A program made the position numbers and the translations under genes. A model generated the notes under the pieces. It made no database searches. It had not been told where the DNA came from and saw only the letters and a program-made list of their open reading frames with translations. From the NCBI GenBank assembly GCA_007376385.1, contig VMGC01000004.1, positions 71,207 through 135,206 on the forward strand: a DNA stretch of 64,000 nt, given 5' to 3'. Position 1 is the first letter of the stretch. Each line of letters opens with the position of its first letter. Of the stretch, positions 55,132 through 64,000 are shown in pieces. This stretch comes from Parcubacteria group bacterium Gr01-1014_8. Its GTDB lineage: Bacteria; Patescibacteriota; Minisyncoccia; Phycocordibacterales; UBA2100.

Positions 55132-55144
55132 TGGAGGAGAGCAG

Positions 55145-56491
55145 ATGGAGAAGGCTCTCCTTGGAGCCTTAATGCTTAGCCAAAACTCTATCTACGAGGT
55201 CGCAGACGTCGTCACGATCGAGTCTTTTTACGCTGGAAAACATCGCGAGATATTTGATGCAATGCTCGCCCTCCATGCAAAGGGTGAACCTATAGATCTC
55301 GTCACCGTCTCTGGCAAACTTAAGGAGCGCCAGAAGTTGCAGGACATAGGCGGAGGCTCATATCTATCTGAACTGGTTGCTTCCGCAGCCTCTCCAGGAA
55401 GCGCACGGCACTACGCTGAATCTGTTCAGACCAAATTCGTCTTGCGTACCCTCATAGACGCTGCTGCAAAAATAGGAGAATTGGGCTTTCAGGAAGACAG
55501 AGAGATAGAAGAGATACTGGACGAGGCCCAAGCAGCCGTATTTACCGTTTCGAATGCTCCCAGCCTCCGAAATTTCACGACTATCAAAGAGAGTTTGACA
55601 GAAGCGTGGGAACGACTCGAGCATTTGCAGAAACACGAATCCGCTCTTCGCGGCATCCCGACCGGTTTTCCACAACTCGACAATTTGCTGGCAGGGCTTC
55701 AGAAATCCGACCTCATAATCCTAGCCGCACGACCTTCAATGGGTAAAACCGCCCTTGCACTTGATATGGCGCGGCTGACCGCTACGAAGCATCAGACCGC
55801 TGTCGGCATCTTTTCTCTTGAAATGAGTTCGCAGCAGCTTGTGGATAGAATGCTTGCTGCTGAAGCGCGTGTTGACTCATGGCAGCTTCGAACGGGAAAG
55901 ATACGAAAAGACGAAGATTTTGGCCGTTTGCAAGAAGCAATGTCGCGGCTCTCTGAGGCGCCTATCTACATAGACGACAAAGCATCAAGTACCGTACTCG
56001 GCATGCGCTCAATTGCGCGCCGTTTAAAAATGGAAAAATCCCTGGGCCTCATTATCGTTGATTATCTGCAACTCATCACACCAGGCGCATCGAGAGGCAG
56101 CGATTCATTGGTTCAACAGATAACTGAAATATCGCGTTCTCTGAAGGCCATGGCCCGCGAGTTAGACGTTCCTGTTCTGGCGCTTTCGCAGCTTTCGCGC
56201 GCTGTTGAGCAACGACGCGGTCGCCCGCGTCTCTCTGACCTTCGCGATTCCGGCTCGATCGAGCAGGATGCGGATGTCGTGATGTTTATCCACAGAGAGG
56301 ACAAAATGAGCGACAACACTGATAGGCCCGGTATAGCCGAAATTCTTGTCGAGAAACATAGAAACGGTCCTGTTGGAAAAATTGAACTTCAATTCCAGGA
56401 CAAAATGGCAACCTTCGACACGCTCGCAACCGCAGATTTCGGCGATTTCACCACGGAAGCGCAGGTTTCGTCAGACGAGTCGCCGTTCTAA
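55145..56491 (+). CDS. dnaB: replicative DNA helicase DnaB (no intein)
   Basis: N-terminal DnaB domain, Walker A ARPSMGKTALAL, Walker B/arginine finger; normal length 448 aa. Confidence 0.95.
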   Translation: MEKALLGALMLSQNSIYEVADVVTIESFYAGKHREIFDAMLALHAKGEPIDLVTVSGKLKERQKLQDIGGGSYLSELVASAASPGSARHYAESVQTKFVLRTLIDAAAKIGELGFQEDREIEEILDEAQAAVFTVSNAPSLRNFTTIKESLTEAWERLEHLQKHESALRGIPTGFPQLDNLLAGLQKSDLIILAARPSMGKTALALDMARLTATKHQTAVGIFSLEMSSQQLVDRMLAAEARVDSWQLRTGKIRKDEDFGRLQEAMSRLSEAPIYIDDKASSTVLGMRSIARRLKMEKSLGLIIVDYLQLITPGASRGSDSLVQQITEISRSLKAMARELDVPVLALSQLSRAVEQRRGRPRLSDLRDSGSIEQDADVVMFIHREDKMSDNTDRPGIAEILVEKHRNGPVGKIELQFQDKMATFDTLATADFGDFTTEAQVSSDESPF

Positions 56492-56525
56492 AACAGGTTA
56501 GGCGTAGAGGGTCCGATTCGTTACA

Positions 56526-57146
56526 ATGTCACCCATGCCAGGGGATCCTATCGAGAGATTAAGCGCGCTTTTTGAACGCTTCCCCGGGATCGGACCGCGA
56601 CAAGCGCAACGATTCGTGCAATTCCTTCTGAGGTCCTCCCTAGCGACAAGAAGAGAGCTGATAGATTCTGTACAAGAATTGTCAAAAAGTGTTCACCAAT
56701 GCGTCTCTTGTATGCGTTATTCTACCGGAGCAAAGGGAGAGTGCTCTATGTGCGTCAGTACTGATCGTGAAAATTCGCTTCTCGCAGTTGTCGCATCAGA
56801 TGCCGATATCGCTGCACTCGAGAGAAGCGGAACATTTAAAGGAAAATATTTCGTTATGGGCACAACGATCTCTCTCGCATCGGAAAAAAAGAATGGACTA
56901 AGGGAGCGCGAATTACTTTCATCTCTGTCGAAGCGCGCAAGACTGGGACTTCAAGAATTGATACTTGCCTTCCCTGCAAATCCCGAAGGCGATTTTACCG
57001 CACTGCATCTTCGCGACTCGCTGAGATCATATGCCAAAGAACATGGCTTTAAGATAACGACACTGGGACGCGGTCTCTCCACCGGAAGCGAACTCGAATA
57101 TGCAGATCCTGACACCATCAAAAATGCTCTTGAGAGCAGAAAGTAG
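56526..57146 (+). CDS. recR: recombination protein RecR
   Basis: RLSALFERFPGIGPRQAQRFVQFLL (HhH), C4 zinc finger CVSC...CSMC, Toprim domain. Confidence 0.92.
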   Translation: MSPMPGDPIERLSALFERFPGIGPRQAQRFVQFLLRSSLATRRELIDSVQELSKSVHQCVSCMRYSTGAKGECSMCVSTDRENSLLAVVASDADIAALERSGTFKGKYFVMGTTISLASEKKNGLRERELLSSLSKRARLGLQELILAFPANPEGDFTALHLRDSLRSYAKEHGFKITTLGRGLSTGSELEYADPDTIKNALESRK

Positions 57147-57152
57147 CATGGA

Positions 57153-57587
57153 TCAATCCGTACGCCCTTTCTCAATTCCTGAAATTAATTTGAAGAATGG
57201 CTGACAGCGCTCTAACCAGCCAATTGCATTTTTTTCTGCTCGCGTGGCGCGGGATCGCAAAAGCATCTCCGCAATCCCTTCATGCGATCGCTGAGCGCAT
57301 TCCATCGCGGCAGATGCGAATTCTTCCGCTTGCCGCAGAGACGATCTCACGTTGTAAAGTGCGCCGGCTAATTGTAAATATGTTGTCATCGTGTTTCCTG
57401 CAATATTGCCACCTCGTTCCTGCAAAGTGAGGAACGTATTGCGCCCTCGTTCAAAGATCTTGTCGGGATCCGGCACAGAATATTTTCTCCCAAATACCTC
57501 AAAGTCTTCCTGTTCTATCCCGGGAACATTGAATTCAAGAATGTTGTCGTTGCTTGCATTCCGAACTACATCTGGAGACCTGTCCAT
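57153..57587 (-). CDS. hypothetical protein
   Basis: ORF only. Confidence 0.35.
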   Translation of the reverse strand: MDRSPDVVRNASNDNILEFNVPGIEQEDFEVFGRKYSVPDPDKIFERGRNTFLTLQERGGNIAGNTMTTYLQLAGALYNVRSSLRQAEEFASAAMECAQRSHEGIAEMLLRSRATRAEKNAIGWLERCQPFFKLISGIEKGRTD

Positions 57588-57591
57588 GTCA

Positions 57592-57912
57592 CTACGGTAG
57601 TGCAGTTATGCGCACTTTCGCATATGGTTGTCTGTGGCCTTTTTTGACGAAGTGACGGCTTTTCGGCCTGTACCGAATGATAGTAACTTTATCGTCCCTG
57701 CCCTCTTCTATCAGTTCCGCAGTGACTTTCGCCCCGGAAATGTGCGGCGCGCCGACTTTCGTCGAACTGCCATCATCAATGAGGAGCACTTTATCGAATG
57801 TCAGCTTATCGCCGACTTTGCCGGAATCGCTCAATTTTTCAATATCAAGAACGCTATCCTCTGTGACAACATACTGTTTGCCTCCGGTTTCAATAACTGC
57901 GATCTTAGCCAT
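57592..57912 (-). CDS. rplU: 50S ribosomal protein L21 (start at MAKIAVIE; alternative upstream ATG at 57933)
   Basis: MAKIAVIETGGKQYVVTEDSVLDIEKL ... KGHRQPYAKVRI. Confidence 0.9.
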   Translation of the reverse strand: MAKIAVIETGGKQYVVTEDSVLDIEKLSDSGKVGDKLTFDKVLLIDDGSSTKVGAPHISGAKVTAELIEEGRDDKVTIIRYRPKSRHFVKKGHRQPYAKVRITALP

Positions 57913-57937
57913 AAGTGAGGGGAGTATACTCATATTT

Positions 57938-58007
57938 GCCGAAAAATCAATTAAGAGGGGAAAGGAGAGGTCGCCAAGGAGCAACAAAGTCGGCAACCTC
58001 TCCCCCC
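57938..58007 (-). terminator. rho-independent terminator/attenuator-like hairpin (GGGGGGAGAGGT...ACCTCTCCTTTCCCCTC) followed by TTAATTGATTTTT, located between a 32-codon ORF and rplU
   Basis: Stem and T-tract read on the minus strand. Confidence 0.55.
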
Positions 58008-58027
58008 TTGTACGCAGCTACTTACGC

Positions 58028-58126
58028 TTATACCAGAGCCCAGACGAGCACTCCGAAGCCTCCACCTACAACCGCCACTAGACCGGCACATTGTAAATAG
58101 AAACGTCGGATCTCTTTCTTGGTCAT
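58028..58126 (-). CDS. candidate 32-aa hydrophobic peptide (MTKKEIRRFYLQCAGLVAVVGGGFGVLVWALV) with GAGG Shine-Dalgarno, upstream of the rplU terminator
   Basis: Hand translation; SD GAGG 5 nt upstream of ATG. Confidence 0.35.
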   Translation of the reverse strand: MTKKEIRRFYLQCAGLVAVVGGGFGVLVWALV

Positions 58127-58188
58127 GGTAGCCTCGTAAGGTCTAACGCGCGCACTAGTTGCAGTATACCACGTAGAGACTGGCCTGT

Positions 58189-59259
58189 CTACCCCTCCAT
58201 TTGAGGCTTGTCTAGAGCCATTTGTTCGAACCCTACGGTTTCATCCGTGATCCGAAGCACGTCCTTGTCAATTTTCCCCAATTCCTTGTACCCGGCATTG
58301 TAATGGTTTACTGTTGTCGATAGCGAAGTCCCCACTTTCCTGTAGAAATCCTCGTACGCCTTGAGGTGCCGAGAGAGACTTTCGACGTTCTTTGCGATGT
58401 CTTTCGCTGTCTCCTCTATCTTGAAAGCCTTGAATCCGTACAACACAGACTGCAGATATGCAGCAAAGGTTGTCGGAGAGACGATGATGACCTTCTTTTC
58501 GTTATAGGCGTAGTCAATCAGGTTACGAGTATTCACTTTGACCGAACCCACTTCATTGATAAGCAGGTCGTAATAAATCCCCTCTGCCGGTATATACATG
58601 AAAGCGAACGGGAGCGTACCGTCTTTCGGTCGTACATACTTCGCGGTCTCGTCTATGCGAAGCTTAAGATCGTTCTTGAAATCGCGTTCGAGTTCGGCCT
58701 TCCGAGATTCATCGTTTTCGTTGACGACGCGATTGTAATTATCGAGTGAGAACTTGGCATCAATGGGAATCAGTCCTTCTTTGGTCACGATAACTGCATC
58801 CACTGTTTCGCCGCCTGGAAACTGGTACTGCATTTTATAACTTCCTGGCGGCAAAATGTTTGCAAGCGTGAGCTCGAGAACTCTTTCACCCAAGTTTCCC
58901 CGTTGTTTCTGATGTTTCAGGACTTTTTCAAGATTCTGCAATTGCTCGGCAAGCGTAAATACTTGCTTTGTTGATTCTTTCGTCTCGGCGACTCCTTTTG
59001 CTACTTCTGTCAGCTGCGTATGAACAAGATCTCGGATGTCCGTGGCTAAACGTTGCGATTCTCCAAATTGTGTCTTCATTGACTCAAACATCCTATCAGT
59101 CCCTTGTCCGAGCTTTGACTCCATCGCGCGCTCAAAATTCTCGATACGCTGCATAAGCATCAGCATTGCCTGCGTATCCTCCGGCGTTCGGCGCGCCCAT
59201 AAAAGATACGCGAGAATGCCGACGATCGCTACAAGAAGCAGGATAGTTACCCATTCCAT
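58189..59259 (-). CDS. rmuC: DNA recombination protein RmuC
   Basis: N-terminal TM + coiled coil, C-terminal RmuC nuclease-like domain; family collinearity. Confidence 0.85.
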   Translation of the reverse strand: MEWVTILLLVAIVGILAYLLWARRTPEDTQAMLMLMQRIENFERAMESKLGQGTDRMFESMKTQFGESQRLATDIRDLVHTQLTEVAKGVAETKESTKQVFTLAEQLQNLEKVLKHQKQRGNLGERVLELTLANILPPGSYKMQYQFPGGETVDAVIVTKEGLIPIDAKFSLDNYNRVVNENDESRKAELERDFKNDLKLRIDETAKYVRPKDGTLPFAFMYIPAEGIYYDLLINEVGSVKVNTRNLIDYAYNEKKVIIVSPTTFAAYLQSVLYGFKAFKIEETAKDIAKNVESLSRHLKAYEDFYRKVGTSLSTTVNHYNAGYKELGKIDKDVLRITDETVGFEQMALDKPQMEG

Positions 59260-59292
59260 TGCAGCAGTATACCGCAGCCTGCACTTTGCGAG

Positions 59293-60183
59293 CTACGAGA
59301 GTACTTTCAGGAGAAACATGAGACCGACCGCAACGACTATAAGACCGATCTGGAATTTCGTGAGATGTTCTTTGTAAATTATCCAACCCATTATGACAGC
59401 AACGAATGTGGTCATTGTAGTGAGCCCCGACGCGAGCGCATACGGCCCTAGGTTGAACGCGAGCGCACTGCACGATGTGCCAAGGATGGTAAGTAGAGCG
59501 ATGCCAAGGATCTTTGCGGCATCAGAAAACGGGATTTTCGCAGGCGCTTTGTATGTTCCGGAGGCGGACAGAATAAGAAAATAAGCCAGCGCAAAAACTC
59601 CCACGCCAACTTCCCAAAAATAGCCCGCAACTAGTGGGTTCACCGCGCGCGAAAGCACGCTAAAGAAATAAAATGAATGCGCCACGATCAACCCCGCTAC
59701 GATGGTGAGTCCAAGGCCCTTCCACACCATGCGCGGGTCAAGGTGCGGGAAATCAGCTCGTGAGAGCGCGAGAGCGATAGCAGAAAAAACGATGCCGAGA
59801 AGCAGGAGGAACTGGTGGAATGTGAGCCATTCATTGAGAAGCACTATGCCGAGCATGAGTGATACGGACACCTGGATGACTTGCCGGAGCGCTGTCGAGA
59901 CCCCGATTGGCAGATATTTTGAAGAAGAGAGCGCGAGGAGCAAACTTATTGCACCAAGCCCAGAGGCGAGCATAAGCGTCCCCAGATGTTCTCGTATCGC
60001 TATTATCTGAGAGGGAGGCACAAGAAGGAGGACAGGCGCCATTGTGATGATGAGAGAAAGATTTCTGTAGAGAGTAACGACAAACGCGTCATATTTGCGC
60101 GCAAAGGTGGTCTGCAGCGACCCTTGAATGCCGTACGACAGAACTGCGATGACTATAAAAAAGAAAAAAGCCCCGCTGAGCAT
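59293..60183 (-). CDS. DMT/EamA-family transporter (10 TM)
   Basis: Two EamA-like 5-TM repeats. Confidence 0.65.
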   Translation of the reverse strand: MLSGAFFFFIVIAVLSYGIQGSLQTTFARKYDAFVVTLYRNLSLIITMAPVLLLVPPSQIIAIREHLGTLMLASGLGAISLLLALSSSKYLPIGVSTALRQVIQVSVSLMLGIVLLNEWLTFHQFLLLLGIVFSAIALALSRADFPHLDPRMVWKGLGLTIVAGLIVAHSFYFFSVLSRAVNPLVAGYFWEVGVGVFALAYFLILSASGTYKAPAKIPFSDAAKILGIALLTILGTSCSALAFNLGPYALASGLTTMTTFVAVIMGWIIYKEHLTKFQIGLIVVAVGLMFLLKVLS

Positions 60184-60368
60184 ACCCGTACACTAAATTT
60201 GCCTTAATTTCTGTCGTAACAATTCCAACAGCCACTGGAACTGTAATACTTTTGAGTAGGGCTCTATAGTTTGTCTGAACGTCTTCATGGTAAGAGACAA
60301 AGGCAAAATTAGTGTGCGGGCATATGGACAGTTTACACTAAAACCTATAACCTATTCCCTATACGCTG

Positions 60369-60842
60369 GTGGCTAATGGTACTGTTTTTATGTTAGTTCA
60401 AAACATCAGAGAAGAAATGAAGGTTGCGATGAAAGCGCGGGACGATCTTCGTGTGCAGACACTGCGGGGAGCACTTGCAGCATTCACCAATGAACTCGTT
60501 GCGAAGGGAAAAAAACCGACAGAGGAACTCGACGACGCGGGTGCAATCGTTGTCTTGAAGCGGCTTGCAAAGCAAAGAAAAGAGGCGGCGGTGCAATATG
60601 AAAAAGGAGGGCGCGCTGAACTTGCAAAAAAAGAAGCTGATGAACTAAAAATAATCGAATCGTATCTGCCTCAAACTGCAGGCCGTGAAGATATTGAGAA
60701 AGTCGCTCGCGCAAAGAAAGATATGCTTGGTATCACCGACGCATCCGGGAGCGGCAAACTTGTCGGAGCAGTCATAAAGGAACTCGGCGGAAGTGCCGAT
60801 GGCAATGACGTAAAGGCAGTGGTAGCGGCTCTTTTTGGCTAG
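60369..60842 (+). CDS. GatB/YqeY-domain protein (start probably at MLVQNIREEMK, 60390)
   Basis: REEMKVAMKARDDLRVQTLRGALAAF ... matches the YqeY family N-terminus. Confidence 0.8.
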   Translation: MANGTVFMLVQNIREEMKVAMKARDDLRVQTLRGALAAFTNELVAKGKKPTEELDDAGAIVVLKRLAKQRKEAAVQYEKGGRAELAKKEADELKIIESYLPQTAGREDIEKVARAKKDMLGITDASGSGKLVGAVIKELGGSADGNDVKAVVAALFG

Positions 60843-62011
60843 CGCACGGACGCTGAGCGCATTATCGAAACGATAGAAGCAAGCGCAGAAACAAAAAGCG
60901 CGCCCCCAAGGGCGATCAAGGGCGACGCATAGAATGCAAAAACCATCACAATGAGCGCGAGAAGCGCGCGCCCGGTCGCAAAGCCCATTTCCTTCAAGGC
61001 GGTTCGCTCATCGACAAAATGCGAACCATCGGCGGCTTGTTCATGAGCAATGTGGTCAATGCCGAACTTTTTCGTAGGGACACACGTATGGTAGAGCACA
61101 TCCGCGATAACTATCGTTGTCGGCGAAATGACCGCGAGCCGAAGTATCCACGAAGATGCAGCAAAAGCCGCTGTTACTGGCGCAGACCGATGAACGTCCA
61201 GAACACGCAAAAGAGTGCGTACAATTTTTCTCCCGAACACTGTCAAGAGAAGCGTGACCGTCATCACCAAGCCAAGAAGCTCATACGACCAGTCGAGGAG
61301 AAGAAATATCGTGAGCGGCCAAAGAAAAAGAAGCCCCGCTCCCTGTATTCCGTCGCGAATGGAGGCTGCAAACAGTCCTCTATTAATTGGCGAGAACAAC
61401 TGCTGCAGTGTCTGGCCGTAGGTCCACGCATATGGCTCGTACGCTTCTGAAACTGCTGTCAGCGGGATAGAGGCAAGAAAGGCCAGCGTTGCGACGCCGA
61501 CAAGCATCACCCATGCGCCTCCAGGATAGCCCGTAATCACAATGCTCGCAGAGAGCGGCAACAAAGCAAGAAACACCTCGAGTAGAAACGTTGTACCGGG
61601 AACCGTAGATGGCGCTGAAGACGCACGATACGGTATCCAGTAGAACGCCCGGTACACACCGGTAAGGATCGCAAAACCAACGATACCCCACCAAAGATTC
61701 TCGACATCGGGACCAAATACGCCGGCTGACGACGCTGCAAGCCAGAGATACGCGACTGAAATCGCAAGCGTCGCGTAAAGGATTGAGCGTTGCGTTCCGT
61801 GTCCTAGATTTTGCGCCGAGAGCGGCGTCAAAATGAACGTGAGAACCTGAGAAATGATATACAAAAAAGTTGTTACTACGAGAGCGCCCGTTTTTGATTC
61901 GCCGCTGAAATAAAGAGCGTGGTAGATAAGTATCCATGCAAAGACAGTACCAGCCGCGAGCGCGGCTCTCAGCAGAAATCTATGCGTTGCAAGTGCCGAA
62001 AGATTTGTCAT
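60839..62011 (-). CDS. hypothetical polytopic membrane protein (10-12 TM, possibly transporter-like)
   Basis: ORF with many hydrophobic helices. Confidence 0.45.
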   Translation of the reverse strand: MTNLSALATHRFLLRAALAAGTVFAWILIYHALYFSGESKTGALVVTTFLYIISQVLTFILTPLSAQNLGHGTQRSILYATLAISVAYLWLAASSAGVFGPDVENLWWGIVGFAILTGVYRAFYWIPYRASSAPSTVPGTTFLLEVFLALLPLSASIVITGYPGGAWVMLVGVATLAFLASIPLTAVSEAYEPYAWTYGQTLQQLFSPINRGLFAASIRDGIQGAGLLFLWPLTIFLLLDWSYELLGLVMTVTLLLTVFGRKIVRTLLRVLDVHRSAPVTAAFAASSWILRLAVISPTTIVIADVLYHTCVPTKKFGIDHIAHEQAADGSHFVDERTALKEMGFATGRALLALIVMVFAFYASPLIALGGALFVSALASIVSIMRSASVR

Positions 62012-62015
62012 TGAA

Positions 62016-62516
62016 TTAATTGTCCGCGTCCCTGGGCGATGGCAGCCATTTCACTGAAAGAATAGGAACGAGTGCGACGAGCGCATATCCAAGCCAGACT
62101 CGCCACTTGTAATAAATGCTCCATCCCGCGAACGGCACAGAAAAGACCATATCTAAAAGTGCGACCAATACAGACCAACTTAATGAATAGAGCAGCATAT
62201 CCTGCCAGGTAACGGCCCCAAGTGAACGCGCTGCTATCGTAGTAACGATGACGAGCGTTCCTATTTGCAGGAGCCATGCCCACGGAGCGCCAGCCACGCC
62301 ATAGATGACAAAACCCGACCACAGCAAAAACATGACCGCATAAATAACAACTGCCCAGCCGAATATCGAAAAATATTTCATGGCGAGATTGCCAATTGGA
62401 TACATGTAATCATACACCCCCGCAGAGCCGAAGCTCTGCGGGGGTGTAGATAGCCGGCTACGCCGACTTTTACGTCTTCGCTCGTGGATCAAAAAGCCAT
62501 GCTTTCGCGATTCCAC
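62016..62516 (-). CDS. hypothetical membrane protein (4 TM)
   Basis: ORF only. Confidence 0.4.
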   Translation of the reverse strand: MESRKHGFLIHERRRKSRRSRLSTPPQSFGSAGVYDYMYPIGNLAMKYFSIFGWAVVIYAVMFLLWSGFVIYGVAGAPWAWLLQIGTLVIVTTIAARSLGAVTWQDMLLYSLSWSVLVALLDMVFSVPFAGWSIYYKWRVWLGYALVALVPILSVKWLPSPRDADN

Positions 62517-62548
62517 TCGCTAGACGTGATAAATCTCCGAGTAGGAAA

Positions 62549-62893
62549 TTACCAGCGTCCGCCGCCTCCACCGCCACCTCGGTTACCTCCGTATCCACCG
62601 CCACCTCCTCCACCACCACCGCGGAAATCGCGGCGCGGGCGGTCTTCTAACGGACGTGCCTCGTTGACTGTAATGCTGCGACCACCGAAGTCCTTGCCAT
62701 TGAATTGGTCAATTGCCTTCTGTGCGTCCTCATCGGAAGCGAACTCTACGAAACCGAAGCCCTTTGAACGGCCAGTCATCTTATCCATGATGACGACTGC
62801 CGATGTTACGGCGCCAGCTTGCGAAAACGCATCCTTGAGCTCTGCGTCGGTAGTGCTGTAAGGCAACCCACCGACATATAGCTTCTTTGCCAT
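62549..62893 (-). CDS. RRM-type RNA-binding protein with C-terminal Gly/Arg-rich tail (start at MAKKLYVGGL)
   Basis: RNP-2 LYVGGL and RNP-1 KGFGFVEF motifs; C-terminal RGGGGGGGGGYGGNRGGGGGGGRW. Confidence 0.85.
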   Translation of the reverse strand: MAKKLYVGGLPYSTTDAELKDAFSQAGAVTSAVVIMDKMTGRSKGFGFVEFASDEDAQKAIDQFNGKDFGGRSITVNEARPLEDRPRRDFRGGGGGGGGGYGGNRGGGGGGGRW

Positions 62894-63162
62894 GAATGTA
62901 TACCCAATCACGAAAAATGGCATTCAATTGCGCTGTCATCCGTTACGTACATATGCACGAAAGGGAACGTGAACGCCATGCCATTATTTTAGTGCTGGGC
63001 TTGTCCTTTTTTCTATTCCTTTAAAAATGTAAACCAACCTTTCCTTTCCTCTCGTGCGGTCTACGGTTCGCGTATCCCCTCCTCAAGTATGGAAAACTTA
63101 CATTACGCGGGCAGTGTACAACTGCGCTGTATAATTGCAAGCCTGCATAACGTAGGCCGAAT

Positions 63163-63801
63163 TTAGTATTTTGGCAGGACTCCATCAATGGCATGATATA
63201 AGGGACTGTCCACGAATCTCGAACGCGTGACGAAATACGCGACAATAACGGCAAGTACAAAGGAAAGTATTATGCCCAGTCTGAAAACGGCAAGCGCAGC
63301 GCCTTCCCGCGCCGGGGCGCCCGACTTCTGAACACCGCCTTCTTGCACCGGAGAACTTGATTTCTCCTCACTATCGATCCATTGTCCGCTTATTGCCTTT
63401 ATTACAAACCATCCGGTAAGAAGAGTAATTTGGTGAAAGACAAGAAAGAACGCGTACAGGACGATCTCAGCGAGACCGACCAATCGCTTTAGAATGATGC
63501 GGGCGTTGTTGGTTCTCCTTTTTTTCTCATTTTCATTCGAGTCTTTATATACATCCAGATCTGTGTCACTCCAGTTATGGAGCCACTTCGTGATCACGCC
63601 GATGAGGAAATTTCCTAACGCTATAACCAATAATGCAAGAGAGAACGAATTGCCCCAGTTTGTAAACCTCAAACAGAGTTCCCCGACAAGCACCGCGAAT
63701 GCAATGATGGCTAGATCAGGAAGCCATTTGACATACCGATTCATGTGGTGTTTGTTTGAGAAAGTTAGAACCCATTTCGAGCAGAACCCCTGACTTCGCA
63801 C
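63163..63801 (-). CDS. hypothetical membrane protein
   Basis: ORF with 4 TM helices. Confidence 0.4.
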   Translation of the reverse strand: MRSQGFCSKWVLTFSNKHHMNRYVKWLPDLAIIAFAVLVGELCLRFTNWGNSFSLALLVIALGNFLIGVITKWLHNWSDTDLDVYKDSNENEKKRRTNNARIILKRLVGLAEIVLYAFFLVFHQITLLTGWFVIKAISGQWIDSEEKSSSPVQEGGVQKSGAPAREGAALAVFRLGIILSFVLAVIVAYFVTRSRFVDSPLYHAIDGVLPKY

Positions 63802-64000
63802 GCGCGGAGCGCGTGGTGGCTATGTACTGCATTGTACGCTCCGATTGCGTGGTGATGCGAACCAATGCGCCTCGGACACGCTCGCGGACTCGCGTGTGCA
63901 AAACCCAAAAATTTTCCTTACCTTTCTTATTTTCTTCGGCGGGGGGTGTGGGGGGAGCCGACAAAAAATGGAAAGGAAATTTTTGGTTTTGCTTCGCCGT

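Noticed and set aside
55145-56491. Intein in DnaB
   Set aside because: 448 aa, normal DnaB length, no intein blocks (no C/S...HNF insertion).
62484-62861. Plus-strand ORF encoding a poly-proline stretch (PPPPPPPRLPPYPPPPPPPPP)
   Set aside because: It is the antisense reading of the Gly-rich tail (GGN codons give CCN) of the well-supported RRM protein gene on the minus strand.
1-64000. CRISPR array, tRNA, rRNA, tmRNA, RNase P, SRP RNA
   Set aside because: No regularly spaced direct repeats (repeats here are inverted pairs). No GTTCGAATC-type T-loops in intergenic gaps. No conserved SRP or RNase P motifs seen by eye. Intergenic gaps are too short for rRNA.

Overview
This 64-kb window is a gene-dense stretch of bacterial chromosome, about 90% coding, with no rRNA, tRNA or CRISPR array detectable by eye.

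Gene content is dominated by housekeeping functions:
- Seven aminoacyl-tRNA synthetases (LeuRS, CysRS, GluRS, AspRS, TrpRS, AlaRS) and tRNA 2-thiouridylase MnmA.
- A ribosomal-protein/RNA-polymerase block (rpsI, rplM, rplQ, rpoA, rpsD, rpsK, rpsM, rpmJ, infA), plus rplI, rpmA and rplU elsewhere.
- A partial division/cell-wall (dcw) block (murG, ftsW, mraY, then a DacA-like carboxypeptidase).
- The grpE-dnaK-dnaJ chaperone operon, scpAB, dnaB, recR, rmuC, ctpA and mltG.
- A small DNA-repair cluster: family-4 uracil-DNA glycosylase, an MGMT-like protein, a RecB/Cas4-like nuclease, and an ATP-cone/Mrr nuclease.

The reduced gene set, many orphan membrane proteins, short AlaRS, and Shine-Dalgarno-poor starts suggest a small-genome Patescibacteria/CPR-like bacterium. 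That placement is inference from the sequence, not an established identification.

The most notable observations are:
1. LeuRS carries an in-frame ~184-aa RBBP9/YdeN-type alpha/beta serine-hydrolase domain, inserted just before the editing domain.
2. An archaeal-type PEP carboxylase sits inside the dcw block, where murD would normally be.
3. An IS200/RAYT-like HUH (Y1) transposase gene, bracketed by two copies of a perfect 23-nt palindrome, lies between grpE and dnaK.
4. A family of MITE/REP-like inverted-repeat units with core GTATACCCCRTGAGA fills several co-directional intergenic gaps. Two of these units bracket the RecB/Cas4-like nuclease gene.
5. Other stem-loop elements include a 21-bp perfect inverted repeat spanning ctpA-rplI, a 16-bp perfect palindrome at 9985-10020, a hairpin on the dnaB Shine-Dalgarno sequence, and a terminator plus small ORF upstream of rplU.
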